Part shown: positions 7,902 to 18,717 of the stretch, in pieces
How the letters are laid out: every line of letters begins with the position of its first letter
Numbering within the stretch: the stretch's first letter is position 1
DNA from: an uncultured Deinococcaceae bacterium
GTDB lineage: Bacteria; Deinococcota; Deinococci; Deinococcales; Deinococcaceae
Assembly (NCBI GenBank): GCA_964252075.1
Contig: CAXULY010000017.1
Coordinates: 1 to 18,717, forward strand
Reading direction: 5' to 3'
Length of the DNA: 18,717 nt
Notes under the pieces: model-generated
The model's database searches: none
The model's input: the letters and a program-made list of their open reading frames with translations, nothing else
What the model was told of the DNA's origin: nothing
Translations under genes and position numbers: made by a program

Positions 7902-9536
7902 ATGGGTGTGTTGTATGCATTGATTGGGCTCCTGATCGGCGTGGCGGTTGGGGGCTTCGTTTTCTATGGTCAGGGCCAGCGCAAACGCGCTGCCCTTGAT
8001 GACACCCTGCAGCGCGAGGCGCAGGCGGACGCCGAGCGGCTCCGTCAGAGTGCCCAGGAGGGCGCTGAGCGGGTGCGGGCGGAAGCCGAACGGGTCCGAC
8101 AGGACGCCACGCGTTTGTATCAGGAAGCGGAGAACAGGGAACGCCAGGCCCTCGCCCAGCGCGATCAGGCGCTTCAGGACACCGCGCGGGAGCGCGAGGC
8201 GCTCGCCAGCGAGCGCACCGACACGCGCCGGGAACGTGAGGAACTCAAGCGTGAGATTGAGCGCCTGAACCGCCGCGCGGAGCAGCTTGACGCGCGCGGC
8301 GACAAGCTCGACGCGCTGGAGGAGAAGCTGGAGCGCGAGGAGCACCGCCTGGAGGACGAGGCGGAGCGCCTGGAAGCCAAGGACAAGTCCCTGGACCACA
8401 AGCTGTACGAGGTGGCGGGCCTCACGCAGGATCAGGCGCGCGACCTGATCCTGTCGCGCCTCGACGCGGAACTGGAGGAGGAGAAGGCCCTGCGCGTCAA
8501 GACCGCCGTGGAGCGCGCCACCAGCGAGGCGAAGCGCAGCGCGCGGCACATCGTGGCGCAGGCCATCCAGCGCAGCGCGTCCGAGACGAGCGCCGCCATG
8601 AGCGTGTCGGTGGTGCCCATCCCGAGTGACGCCATGAAGGGCCGCATCATCGGGCGCGAGGGGCGCAACATCCGCGCCTTCGAGGCCCTCACGGGCGTGG
8701 ACCTCATCATTGACGACACGCCCGAGGCGGTCATCCTGAGTTCCTTCAACCCCATCCGGCGGGAGGTCGCGAAGATCACGCTGGAGGGCCTCGTCGCGGA
8801 CGGGCGCATCCACCCCACGCGCATCGAGGAGATGGTGCACAAGGCGCAGGACGACATGAAGGCCTTCATCCACAACCAGGGCGAGGAGGCGGCGCTGGAG
8901 GCGGGCGTGGTGAACGTCAAGCCGGGCCTCACGCAGCTCCTGGGCCGCATGTACTTCCGCACGAGCTACGGGCAGAACGTCCTGAAGCACAGCGTGCAGG
9001 TCGCGCACCTCACGGGCCTGCTCGCGGCGGAGCTCGGCCTGGACACCGCGATGGCGCGCCGCGCGGGCCTCATGCACGACATCGGCAAGAGCATCGACCG
9101 GGAGATTGAGGGCACGCACGTGGACATCGGCATCTCGCTCGGCAAGCGTTTCGGCGAGCCCACCGAGGTCATTGACGCCATCGCGCACCACCACGACCCG
9201 GAGAACGGCGAGACGCTGTACAGCGTGCTGGTCGCCGCAGCAGACGCCATCAGCGCCGCGCGGCCCGGCGCGCGCCGCGAGGAGCTGGAAGGCTATATCA
9301 AGCGCCTGGAGCAGCTGGAGGGCATCGCGGTGAGCTTTCCCGGCGTCACGCAAGCCTACGCCATTCAGGCGGGCCGTGAGGTGCGCGTGATCGTGCAGCC
9401 CGAGAAGGTCACGGACGCGCAGGCCACCCTGCTCGCCCGCGAGATTGCTGGGCGCATCGAGCAGGACATGGAGTACCCCGGTCAGGTGCAGGTGACCGTG
9501 GTGCGCGAGAGCCGCAGCGTCGAGTACGCCAAGTAA
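7902..9536 (+). CDS. rny: Ribonuclease Y
   Basis: N-terminal TM anchor, coiled coil, KH domain ([14 protein letters not shown]), [14 protein letters not shown] motif (LMHDIGK), [12 protein letters not shown] and [19 protein letters not shown] at 7891 places the start at 7902, not 7683. Confidence 0.97.
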   Translation: MGVLYALIGLLIGVAVGGFVFYGQGQRKRAALDDTLQREAQADAERLRQSAQEGAERVRAEAERVRQDATRLYQEAENRERQALAQRDQALQDTAREREALASERTDTRREREELKREIERLNRRAEQLDARGDKLDALEEKLEREEHRLEDEAERLEAKDKSLDHKLYEVAGLTQDQARDLILSRLDAELEEEKALRVKTAVERATSEAKRSARHIVAQAIQRSASETSAAMSVSVVPIPSDAMKGRIIGREGRNIRAFEALTGVDLIIDDTPEAVILSSFNPIRREVAKITLEGLVADGRIHPTRIEEMVHKAQDDMKAFIHNQGEEAALEAGVVNVKPGLTQLLGRMYFRTSYGQNVLKHSVQVAHLTGLLAAELGLDTAMARRAGLMHDIGKSIDREIEGTHVDIGISLGKRFGEPTEVIDAIAHHHDPENGETLYSVLVAAADAISAARPGARREELEGYIKRLEQLEGIAVSFPGVTQAYAIQAGREVRVIVQPEKVTDAQATLLAREIAGRIEQDMEYPGQVQVTVVRESRSVEYAK

Positions 9537-9547
9537 AGCGGAACAGC

Positions 9548-9579
9548 AGAGGGGCCCGGCCAGCGCGCCGGGCCCCTCT
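9548..9579. terminator. Hairpin between convergent rny and yciI (probable bidirectional terminator)
   Basis: AGAGGGGCCCGGC / GCCGGGCCCCTCT 13-bp stem with weak U-tracts. Confidence 0.65.
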
Positions 9580-9597
9580 CATTCCGTCGAGCAGGAC

Positions 9598-9909
9598 CTA
9601 CTCCACGACCGGCACGCCCTCGAAGGGCATGCTGGGGTGGCGCTTCACGGGCTGGAAGGGCAGCACCTCGTACTCCGCGACGCCCGCCCGGTGAAAGGGG
9701 TCGTCCTGCAGGAGGGCCAGCAGTTCCTCCGGGGTCTTGCCCTGCGCGAGGATGAGGCCGCCCGTGCGCGGCTCGCGCGGGCCGCTGACGAGGAAGGTGC
9801 CGTTGCGGTAGTGCTGGTCCAGCCATGCGCGGTGGGCGGGCGTCGCGGCCTCCACTTCGGGCAGGGGGCGGATGTACTTCACGAGGATGACGCTCAGGGC
9901 TCCGGACAT
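9598..9909 (-). CDS. YciI family protein
   Basis: AHRAWL, FLVSGP...GGLIL and DDPF motifs. TACAGT lies 6 nt before the ATG (leaderless type). Confidence 0.88.
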   Translation of the reverse strand: MSGALSVILVKYIRPLPEVEAATPAHRAWLDQHYRNGTFLVSGPREPRTGGLILAQGKTPEELLALLQDDPFHRAGVAEYEVLPFQPVKRHPSMPFEGVPVVE

Positions 9910-10228
9910 GCGGTCACTGTAGCCCGCACGCCCAGTTGAAACTGAAATGGCTTGATTCAGGACACCAGAAAGCCAAAGGGTGAACTTGCAGGCTTAAACG
10001 GGGCGTGGCGGACCTGAGGCGGACGAGCGGGTACTGCCGCTCGTCTCGCCCTCTAGTGTGCGTGTGGAGCTAAGCGCGGGGAGGTCAGCGTTCAGTGGTG
10101 CCGCGATATTTCTCCTCACGTTCCATCCCGTTTGAATCAGGCTACCCTTATTTAAGCAAAGCGTGAGAAGGCTGACAAGCATCAGAAGCTTAACGGCGCT
10201 GCAGCACGGAGAAAAACCGCTGTGGACG

Positions 10229-10258
10229 TTGTCAAGCACGTTTATGGTGTAGTAATAT
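10229..10258 (+). promoter_or_regulatory. Candidate sigma70 promoter for the S8 protease gene
   Basis: TTGTCA (10229-10234), 18-nt spacer, TAATAT (10253-10258), in an AT-richer spacer about 70 nt before the ATG. Confidence 0.45.
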
Positions 10259-10327
10259 TCCTGTCATAAGGGCCCACATACAGTGATTGGGTCTCGTCAA
10301 CTGTCGACGCGTTGAGCTGGGGGTCGT

Positions 10328-11623
10328 ATGAATCGCAAGCTGCAGTTCCTCGGAGCCGTTCTCACTGCTGGACTGATTGCAGGGTGCAGCCAGGGTCTGC
10401 CAGAGCCTGCCGCCCTGCGTCCGGCTTATGTGATGACGGTCCCCATCGCGCCGGACGACTCCCCCAGCACCCTGGCCGCGCGTTACGCCTACCCCCTGAT
10501 CGCCTTTGACGCCTCCACGGGCGACGCCCTGCTGGGCCTCACCAAGCAGCAGGCAACCTCCATTCGCGCCACAGGGGCGGGCGCGACCTCCAGCATCGAG
10601 CCGAACTACAACCAGTTCGTGGGCAGTGGCACGCTGGCAACCATGGGCGGCGCCCGCACCATGTGGGCCGGTGGGTTGTGGCAGGCCTGGGCGGGTGGGG
10701 CCCGCACCATGTGGGCGGGCGGCACGTACCAGCCCATCTCACAGAACAGCGCCACCCTCAACCAGATTCACCTGCAGCAGGCGCAGTCCCTCGCTCCTCA
10801 CCTGGGCGGCGGTGTGGTTGTGGCGGTGATTGACACCGGCATTGACCTGAGTCACCCGGCGTTCGATGGCGCGCTGACGGCGCCCACCACCTGGAAGGAC
10901 TTCTACGGCAACGACAACGTGCCCCAGGAGGAGGGCATTCTGGGCGTGGGCGGCTACGGCCACGGCACGTCCGTCGCCAGCATCGTGCTACAGGTGGCAC
11001 CCAGCGCCAAGATCCTCCCCATCCGCGTCCTCGGCCCGGACGGTTTGGGGGACATGAGCATGGTCGCCCAGGCCGTCACCTACGCCGCAAGCCAGGGGGC
11101 GAAAGTCATCAACCTAAGCCTGGGCAGTGCGACCAGCTCCAAAGTGGTGCAGGACGCCATCGCCAAGGTTGTGGGCCTGGGCGTGCTGGTGGTCTCCTCT
11201 GCGGGCAATGAGAACGGGGCGCTCACCTACCCGGCCGCCAACGCCGACGACAAGGGACCGGTGGGTGACCGGAGCGTCAGCGTGAGCAGCGTGAACAGCT
11301 TGGACCGCAAGTCCAGCTTCAGCAACTACGGCAAGGACCTGGAGCTGATGGCGCCCGGCGAGAACGTGTACAGCGCCGGGCCCGGCGGCCTGCTGGTCGC
11401 CTGGAGCGGCACGTCCATGGCCGCCCCCATGGTGAGCGGCGCCTTCGCACTCGCGCTGGGTGAGCGCGCGAACCTGAAGCCCAACGACCTCGCGCAGAAG
11501 GTGCTGACCAGCTCGAGCAGCATCGCCGCCCTGAATGCCGGTTATCCAGCCGACCAGCTGGGTCAGGGACGCCTGGCGCTGGACAGCTTCCTCACCGCGG
11601 CCTTCAGCGCGCCCCTCCCGTAG
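10328..11623 (+). CDS. S8 (subtilisin-like) serine protease lipoprotein
   Basis: Lipobox LIAGC. Catalytic motifs VAVIDTG, GHGTSVA and SGTSMAAP, plus the oxyanion-hole SAGN. Confidence 0.93.
   Translation: MNRKLQFLGAVLTAGLIAGCSQGLPEPAALRPAYVMTVPIAPDDSPSTLAARYAYPLIAFDASTGDALLGLTKQQATSIRATGAGATSSIEPNYNQFVGSGTLATMGGARTMWAGGLWQAWAGGARTMWAGGTYQPISQNSATLNQIHLQQAQSLAPHLGGGVVVAVIDTGIDLSHPAFDGALTAPTTWKDFYGNDNVPQEEGILGVGGYGHGTSVASIVLQVAPSAKILPIRVLGPDGLGDMSMVAQAVTYAASQGAKVINLSLGSATSSKVVQDAIAKVVGLGVLVVSSAGNENGALTYPAANADDKGPVGDRSVSVSSVNSLDRKSSFSNYGKDLELMAPGENVYSAGPGGLLVAWSGTSMAAPMVSGAFALALGERANLKPNDLAQKVLTSSSSIAALNAGYPADQLGQGRLALDSFLTAAFSAPLP
10649..10720 (+). repeat. Three tandem 24-nt / 8-aa units [24 protein letters not shown]
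   Basis: Identical 17-mer GCCCGCACCATGTGGGC at 10652 and 10700. WAGG recurs with an 8-residue period. Confidence 0.9.
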
Positions 11624-11643
11624 TCCGCGAAGCTCCCTCCTGT

Positions 11644-13641
11644 ATGGCCGCCTCCAGACGCCCCACTTCAACCCCCGAGCAAGGCTCGGGGGTTTCTGTC
11701 CAGCGCGCCACAGCGCTGCTCGAAGCGGCGCAGGCGCTGCTGGGTGTGGACGACGCGAAAGCCACGGAGCTCGCCAAGCAGGCGGCCGAAACCGCCGGTC
11801 AACTGACGCAGCAGCGAACCGAAGCGCTGGCCCTCCTGGTCAGGGGCCGTGCCGAACAGGCCACGGGCCGGACCGAAGCGGCCACCCTCAGCTACGCCTC
11901 CGCCCTCCAGAAGTTCGAGCAGCTTCAGGACCGCGCCGGGGAAGTCGAGGTGCTGGAGGCGCAGTCGAGGCTCTACCTGTATCAGGGTGAGCCACTGTTC
12001 GCCGAGGAGTGCCTGAACAAGGCCCTGACCCTGGCTGTCGGCCCCGACACCTCGACCGTCAGGGCCAAGCTGCTGAACCTGCTGGCCGGTGTGTACCACA
12101 AGGCCGGCGACTACCAGAAGAGCATCAATGCCCTGAAGCAGGCGCTGGAGATCTACCAGGTCAGCGAGGACCTCAAGGGGGAGGCGTCGCTGCGCTGCAA
12201 CCTCGGCGTTCTGTACATGAGCCTCGGGCGGTACCAGGAGGCGCTCGAGGACCTCAGCCTGGCCTACACCCTGTTCTCCACCCTTCAGGACGATGCAAAC
12301 TTCAACATCCTGCTGATTAACCTCGGTTACCTGCACCTGGACATCGGCCGACCCGAGCAGGCCGCCCACTATTTCGAGGAGGCCCTGGCCTTCGCGCAGG
12401 CGAAGGGGGATTTGTTTCAGGAGTCCACCGCGACCCTCAACCTCGGCGTCACGGCCGTCGCGCGCGGGGAGGACGCCGCCGCTGAGTCCTCCTTCCGCTC
12501 GGCCCTGCGGCTTGCGCAGGAGCTGGGCTACCGCGAAGTGGAGGTTTCAGCGCTGGACGGTCTGGGCGGGGTGCTGTCCCGCTCCGGGCGCTGGGCCGAA
12601 GCGGCAGCCGCGCACGGAGAGGCCGCGCGGCTGGCGGGTGAGGCCGAGGACCTGGAGGGCGAGCTGGACGCCCTGGTCCACCTGGGGCGCGCGCGCCTGG
12701 CCCTTGACGACCTGGAAGGCGCGCGGACATCGCTGGAGCGGGCGTGCGCGCTGGCGGACGGCGCGCACCACCAGAAGGCCATGAGCGAAGCCCACCTCGC
12801 CCTGTCGGACGTGCTGGAGGCTCTCGGTCAGCCCGCGCGGGCGCTGCAGCACTACAAGGCGCACCACCACGCCGAGCGCGCGCTGACCAGCGAGCAGACC
12901 GCCCGGCAGACGCAGGAGCTGAGCGTGAAGTTCGAGGTGGAACGCACGCGCCACGAGGCGGCCGTGCAGCGCCTGCAGCGCGAGGCCGCCGAGGCCGCGC
13001 AACTGCACGCAGAGCAGCAGGTGCGGGAGCGCACCTCCGAACTGGAACGCACGCAGCTGGAGGTCGTCACGCGGCTGGCCGTGGCCGCCGAGTACCGCGA
13101 CGACCTGACGGGCGCGCACACGGTGCGGGTGGGGCACTTCTCGGCCCTCATCGCGCGCGAGCTGGGCCTCCCGGCGGAGGACGTCTCGCTCATCCGGCAG
13201 GCGGCGCGCCTGCACGACGTGGGCAAGATCGGCATTCCCGACGCGCTGCTGCTCAAACCGGGGCAATTCACGCCCGAAGAGTTCGAGCGCATGAAGAGCC
13301 ACACCCTGATCGGGGCGCGCATCCTGTCCGGCGGGCAGTCCCGGCTGCTGCGGCTGGCCGAGGAGATCGCGCTGTCCCACCACGAGCGCTGGGACGGCAG
13401 CGGTTACCCCCTGGGGCGGGCGGGCGAGGCCATCCCACTGCTGGGCCGCATCGTGGCGGTGGCGGACGTGTTCGACGCGCTCACCCAGCGCCGCCCCTAC
13501 AAGCCCGCGTGGTCGGTGGACGACGCCCTGCAGGAGATCGGGGCGCAGGCGGGCCGTCAGTTCGATCCCTTGGTGGTGGCCGCCAGCCTGAAGGTGCTGG
13601 ATGCGCCCGAGGTTCGCGCCGCCGTCGCACGAGGTAGCTGA
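11644..13641 (+). CDS. TPR-repeat HD-GYP domain protein (putative c-di-GMP phosphodiesterase)
   Basis: Multiple TPR-like repeats ([29 protein letters not shown]), then a helical linker, then [27 protein letters not shown] and [14 protein letters not shown]. No TM segment or signal peptide is visible. Start codon uncertain. Confidence 0.92.
   Translation: MAASRRPTSTPEQGSGVSVQRATALLEAAQALLGVDDAKATELAKQAAETAGQLTQQRTEALALLVRGRAEQATGRTEAATLSYASALQKFEQLQDRAGEVEVLEAQSRLYLYQGEPLFAEECLNKALTLAVGPDTSTVRAKLLNLLAGVYHKAGDYQKSINALKQALEIYQVSEDLKGEASLRCNLGVLYMSLGRYQEALEDLSLAYTLFSTLQDDANFNILLINLGYLHLDIGRPEQAAHYFEEALAFAQAKGDLFQESTATLNLGVTAVARGEDAAAESSFRSALRLAQELGYREVEVSALDGLGGVLSRSGRWAEAAAAHGEAARLAGEAEDLEGELDALVHLGRARLALDDLEGARTSLERACALADGAHHQKAMSEAHLALSDVLEALGQPARALQHYKAHHHAERALTSEQTARQTQELSVKFEVERTRHEAAVQRLQREAAEAAQLHAEQQVRERTSELERTQLEVVTRLAVAAEYRDDLTGAHTVRVGHFSALIARELGLPAEDVSLIRQAARLHDVGKIGIPDALLLKPGQFTPEEFERMKSHTLIGARILSGGQSRLLRLAEEIALSHHERWDGSGYPLGRAGEAIPLLGRIVAVADVFDALTQRRPYKPAWSVDDALQEIGAQAGRQFDPLVVAASLKVLDAPEVRAAVARGS
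11670..11697 (+). terminator. Terminator-like hairpin after the S8 gene, inside the 5' end of the TPR-HD-GYP ORF
   Basis: AACCCCCGAGC-AAG-GCTCGGGGGTT followed by TCT. Confidence 0.55.
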
Positions 13642-13671
13642 ACGGGCCGCGGGGCGTGTCATCATCGCGGC

Positions 13672-14229
13672 ATGCGGCACGACACCACGCTGACGGACGG
13701 CAACCTGACCCTGCAGGCCCTCGCACACGCAGACATTCCCGCCCTGTGCGCCCTCGCGCGGACGGCGGGGGACGAACTGCGCTTCATGGGTTCGCCGCCC
13801 ACAGGTGAGGACTACTACCGGAGTGCGCTGGAGGCGCCGGATCACCAGCCCTTCACGGTCCTCGTGGACGGCGAAGTGGCGGGCAGCACCCGGTACGGGG
13901 ACATCCGCGCGCCCCACCGGGGCCTGGAGATCGGGTGGACGTGGCTGCACCCCCGCTGGTACGGCTCGGGCGTGAACACCCGTATGAAGCGCCTGATGCT
14001 CGCGCACGCCTTCGAACAGATGGGGATGCTGCGCGTGCAGATCAAGACGGACGGGCGCAACCTGCGCAGCCAGCGCGCCATCGAAAAGCTCGGCGCGGTG
14101 CGCGAGGGCGTGCTGCGCAAGCACATGGTCCTGCCGGACGGGTACGTGCGCGACACCGTGATGTACAGCATCACGGACGAGGAATGGCCGCGGGTGAAGC
14201 GGGACCTGGAAGCTCAGGTCAGGGTTTGA
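13672..14229 (+). CDS. GNAT family N-acetyltransferase (RimJ/RimL-like)
   Basis: LEIGWTWL, RVQIKTDGRNLRSQRAIEKLGAVREGVLR and RDTVMYSI. Confidence 0.9.
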   Translation: MRHDTTLTDGNLTLQALAHADIPALCALARTAGDELRFMGSPPTGEDYYRSALEAPDHQPFTVLVDGEVAGSTRYGDIRAPHRGLEIGWTWLHPRWYGSGVNTRMKRLMLAHAFEQMGMLRVQIKTDGRNLRSQRAIEKLGAVREGVLRKHMVLPDGYVRDTVMYSITDEEWPRVKRDLEAQVRV

Positions 14230-14311
14230 GCTGGGCCGCCGCCCTTCCTCTTCTCGTGAGGGCGTTCACTTGGGTACGTTTGGCCCGTGGGGGTGGGCGT
14301 AAACTGACCCT

Positions 14312-15438
<1,127 letters not shown>

Positions 15439-15439
<1 letters not shown>

Positions 15440-15867
15440 TGCGCGTGACGGGGCCACTGCTGGCGCTGGTGGGCCTGATGGGCCCGGTCCTGGCGGCCCC
15501 CCGAAGCTCCACCCAGATGGGCCGCATCACCGCCGAGTGCGCGCCCTGGGACGGCCCTGCCCTGGGACTAAAGCTGCCCCTCACCGGCGCGTGGACCCTC
15601 ACCCTGGCCGTGTACCCCAGCGGGCATGCCGGCAGCGTCCAGGTCTACCCCGTTCAGGTCCAGGCGGGGACGGGCGGGGCGGACGCCTGGCTGAGCGGGC
15701 CGGCCTCCACCATGCGCGCGACGGGCGGCACCGTCTGGCTCGACCGCTTTGTGGACGGGGTGGGAGCGGCCGGGCGCTTCACCCTCGCCCTGGAGGACGG
15801 CCAGCGCCTGCAGGGCACCTTCTCCGCCCGCTGGAAGACCCCCGCCACCACCCCCCTTTGCGGTTGA
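15439..15867 (+). CDS. Hypothetical secreted beta-rich protein
   Basis: TGATG overlap with the mqnE stop, signal-peptide-like N-terminus and GC3-rich codons. It fills the gap to mqnA. Confidence 0.7.
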
Positions 15868-15871
15868 CCTC

Positions 15872-16732
15872 ATGAACTATCCCATCGGCCTGATCCACTA
15901 CACCAACGTCGCCCCAATACTCGACGACCTCGTGCTGCCCCCTGATGTGGAGGTCATCAAGGGCGTCCCCACCGAGATGAACGCCGCGCTGCTGTCCGGG
16001 CAGGTGCACCTCGCGAACATCTCCAGCGTGGAGTTCCTGCGCAACGCCGACCAACTCGCGGCGCTGCGGGACTTCAGCGTGAGCGTGCTGGGCGCCGTGT
16101 ACAGCGTGAACCTCTTTCACCGCAAGCCGTGGCATGAATTGCACGGGGCGCGCATCGCACTGACCGCGCAGAGCGCGACGAGCGTGGCGCTGCTGGAAGT
16201 GCTGCTGCGCGAAAGCGGCCTGAGCGCCACCCTGGAGCGCGCCGAGGGCACCGCGCAGGACCTGCTGGACTCCGGCTTCGACGGCGTGCTGCGCATCGGG
16301 GACAGCGCGCTGCGCGAGTGGTACGAGGTGGTGGGCCCCATCTCGGACGAGGTGAGCGTGCTGGACCTGCCGCACACCAAGGGCGGCATCACCGTGACGG
16401 ACCTCGCGCAGAAGTGGTTCACGCTGACCGGGCATCCCTTCGTGTTCGCGGTGTGGGCGTACCGCAAGGACGCGCCGCCCCCGCACGAGCTCGTGCAGGC
16501 CATGCGGAGGGCGCGCCGCGCGGGCATCGGGCACCTCGGGCAGATCAGCGCGCGGCACGCGCAGAAGCTCGGCCTGCCGGAGCGGGTGGTGCAGCACTAC
16601 CTGTGGAACTTCCGCTACCACTTGGAAGCCCCGGACCGGCTGGGCCTCGCGCAGTTCGCGGCGCTCAGCACGCCCGGACACGCCGCCCTGCAGTTTGGCG
16701 AGGGGCAACTGGAGTCCGTGAGCGCGCGCTGA
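15872..16732 (+). CDS. mqnA: Chorismate dehydratase (futalosine pathway)
   Basis: IHYTNVAPI, GVPTEMN, GAVYSVNL, SATSVALL, RIGDSAL and DLAQKWFTLTGHPFVFAVW. Homology begins at ATG 15872, not at 15749. Confidence 0.88.
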   Translation: MNYPIGLIHYTNVAPILDDLVLPPDVEVIKGVPTEMNAALLSGQVHLANISSVEFLRNADQLAALRDFSVSVLGAVYSVNLFHRKPWHELHGARIALTAQSATSVALLEVLLRESGLSATLERAEGTAQDLLDSGFDGVLRIGDSALREWYEVVGPISDEVSVLDLPHTKGGITVTDLAQKWFTLTGHPFVFAVWAYRKDAPPPHELVQAMRRARRAGIGHLGQISARHAQKLGLPERVVQHYLWNFRYHLEAPDRLGLAQFAALSTPGHAALQFGEGQLESVSAR

Positions 16733-16747
16733 CCGTTACACTGGGCC

Positions 16748-17464
16748 ATGCTCAGCAAGCCCCTGGCCCGTCACGCCTTCGGCCAAGAGAAGGTCTTCCG
16801 CTGGCGCGGTGAGGAACCGTCGCGCTTCGAGGGCGTCAGTGACGCGGTCTTCGCGTTCTCCGTGACGCTGCTGGTGGTGTCGCTGGAAGTCCCGAAGTCC
16901 TTCGACGAGCTGATGAGCGTCATGCGGGGCTTCCTGGCCTTCAGCGTGAGTTTCGTCATGCTGGCGTGGGTGTGGTTCCTGCACTACCGCTTCTTCCGCC
17001 GGTACGGCCTGCAGGACGGTGTGACGCTGGCGCTGGGTGCGGCGCTGCTGTTCGTGGTGCTGTTCTACGTGTACCCCCTCAAGTTCCTGTTCGGCGTTTT
17101 GGTGGACATGCTGCTGGGTCAGGCGGTGGTCGGCACAACCACCATCGAAGTGAACCAACTGCCACTCCTAATGGTGATTTACGGCCTGGGGTTCGCGGCG
17201 GTCTTCCTGATTTTCGCGCTGCTGCACCTGCACGCCCAGCGCCACGCGCGCGACCTGGACCTGAACGAGGCGGAGTTGCGCCAGACGCGGGGCGCGGTGG
17301 CGTCCAGTTTCGTGAACGTCGGGGTGGCGCTCCTGTCGGTGGTGGTGGCGCTCATCGGCCCGAACTTCGCGGCGCTGGCGGGCCTCACGTACTTCCTGCT
17401 GTGGCCGCTGCAGGTGCTCTCCGCGCGGCGCCACCGCCACGCGCCCACCCGGGACCTGAACTGA
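16748..17464 (+). CDS. TMEM175 (DUF1211) family membrane protein, putative K+ channel
   Basis: SRFEGVSDAVFAFSVTLLV resembles the family RxxxFSD motif, followed by W..H.RFF and about six hydrophobic helices. Confidence 0.82.
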   Translation: MLSKPLARHAFGQEKVFRWRGEEPSRFEGVSDAVFAFSVTLLVVSLEVPKSFDELMSVMRGFLAFSVSFVMLAWVWFLHYRFFRRYGLQDGVTLALGAALLFVVLFYVYPLKFLFGVLVDMLLGQAVVGTTTIEVNQLPLLMVIYGLGFAAVFLIFALLHLHAQRHARDLDLNEAELRQTRGAVASSFVNVGVALLSVVVALIGPNFAALAGLTYFLLWPLQVLSARRHRHAPTRDLN

Positions 17465-17465
17465 C

Positions 17466-17813
17466 GTGACGGACCCATACGACTCGTTCCGCGATCGCGT
17501 CCTGGCCCTCGTCGCGCGCATTCCCGAGGGGCGCGTGATGACGTACGGTCAGCTGGCGCTGCTGGCGGGCGCACAGGGGAACGCCCGGCAGGTGGGGTTC
17601 ATCCTGAATGGCCTCGCGGAGACGGACCTGCCGTGGCAGCGCGTCATCAACGCGCAGGGCAGCATCAGCACCTACAAGATCGGCGCGGGCGAACTGCAGC
17701 GTGGCCTGCTGGAGCGTGAAGGCGTGACGTTCGACGCCGCCGGGCGCTGCAACCTGAAGGCCGTGCAGTGGTGGCCGGACGAGGCGGAGGCCGAACAACC
17801 GGGGCTGTTCTAA
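17466..17813 (+). CDS. Alkyltransferase-like (ATL, MGMT family) DNA-binding protein
   Basis: IPEGRVMTYGQLA, ARQVG and LPWQRVIN (Trp at the catalytic Cys position), then QRGLLEREGV. GTG start. Confidence 0.88.
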   Translation: MTDPYDSFRDRVLALVARIPEGRVMTYGQLALLAGAQGNARQVGFILNGLAETDLPWQRVINAQGSISTYKIGAGELQRGLLEREGVTFDAAGRCNLKAVQWWPDEAEAEQPGLF

Positions 17814-18265
17814 CGCAGCGCCTACGCCAGCCAGCGCGTCTGTGGCGCTTGATGGTTCAGGGCGATCCGCACCGTTCTCGGAAAGGTATGCCACCCGGAC
17901 TGGTTTTCCTTTTCGAGCGGCGCGGGGACCCGCTGCTCAAGCATCACCTGGGCTTCTGGTATGTCTGTGGGCCAGGAGCGAGCCCACAGCAGTCGACTCG
18001 CCTGAACCCCTAGGCGCATCCCGCGTTCATCGAGAGCACCGTGATCCTGAACTGCTGAAATCTGGAAAGGTTCAGCTGGAATGCGGAGCGTGCTGCGCAG
18101 GCTGACGCATCCCTCAGCCCCCGCTCTTCCAGTGGAGTGATCACGGATTGAAGTGCTGGACGACCTGCCCATACCACCTGAACAGGACCCATCTCCACAA
18201 CAGCCGTGCCGGGTTGACGCAATGCGCCAGCACGCCGTCAGGCAACCAGTCCGCCAGGGCTGCTC

Positions 18266-18717
18266 TCACACAGGAGTTGCTGGCCCGGCGCTGAGTTCCG
18301 CTTCCAGAAAGCGGGGCTGTCCAGTCAAGTCCACGTGAATGCGGGGCAGCCAGCCATGAGCCGCCATCTCGTTCGCCAGCACACCCACATTCCTCGGGTC
18401 GAGTTCCAGCAGGAGCAGGCCACCAGGGGCGAGCGCCACGTAGGCCTCGCGCACGAGCGGGCGGGCCACGGCCAGGCCGTCCGGTCCGCCGTACAGGGCG
18501 ACGTCCGGGTCGTGGCGCACCTCCGGCTGGGCGACTTCGCGGTCCGCTTCGGGCAGGTACGGTGGGTTGGAGACAATCAGGTCGAAGGGCCCGCGCAGCC
18601 TAGCCAGCAGATCGCCCTCCGTGAAGGTCACGTCCAGGGCGTTCAGGCGGGCGTTCTCGCGCGCGCGCTCAAGCGCGGCGGCGCTGATATCGGTGCTGAA
18701 CAAACAAATGACTGGTT
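18266..18717 (-). CDS. prmC: Release factor glutamine methyltransferase, 3' part only (frame open to the window edge)
   Basis: [42 protein letters not shown] and [10 protein letters not shown]. Confidence 0.88.
   Translation of the reverse strand, partial: PVICLFSTDISAAALERARENARLNALDVTFTEGDLLARLRGPFDLIVSNPPYLPEADREVAQPEVRHDPDVALYGGPDGLAVARPLVREAYVALAPGGLLLLELDPRNVGVLANEMAAHGWLPRIHVDLTGQPRFLEAELSAGPATPV

Noticed and set aside
8010..8400. Low-complexity GAGCGC-rich repeats in rny
   Set aside because: Ordinary coiled-coil coding sequence (E/R/A-rich).
10649..10723. Repeat-spacer-repeat pattern as a mini-CRISPR
   Set aside because: Only two 17-nt copies, in frame within a CDS, varying at synonymous sites, and no cas genes.
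17822..18338. Short ORFs of 61-116 aa in the atl-prmC gap
   Set aside because: Atypical codon usage, no convincing initiation signals and no motifs. Not called as CDS.

Overview
High-GC chromosomal window from a Deinococcus-like bacterium, judged from a Deinococcus-type RecA, a radiation/desiccation response motif (RDRM), futalosine-pathway genes and several leaderless-type starts. Left to right: (1) minus-strand ECF sigma / RskA-type anti-sigma pair followed by a Tat-lipoprotein ferritin-like (PCC13-62-like) gene, with the same bipartite promoter motif before the sigma and ferritin-like genes; (2) a secreted GHL10/DUF187 glycoside hydrolase; (3) an RDRM-preceded thpR(ligT)-recA operon that lacks the usual cinA, then rtcB and rny; (4) yciI; (5) an S8 protease lipoprotein with three tandem G-x4-WAG octapeptides, followed closely by a cytoplasmic TPR-HD-GYP protein (best candidate for an uncharacterised peptide-sensing c-di-GMP module); (6) GNAT, mqnE, a secreted hypothetical, mqnA, TMEM175 and an alkyltransferase-like gene; (7) the 3' half of prmC at the right edge. 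No rRNA, tRNA, CRISPR array or recognisable transposase was seen. All family calls are by-eye motif recognition; no searches were run.
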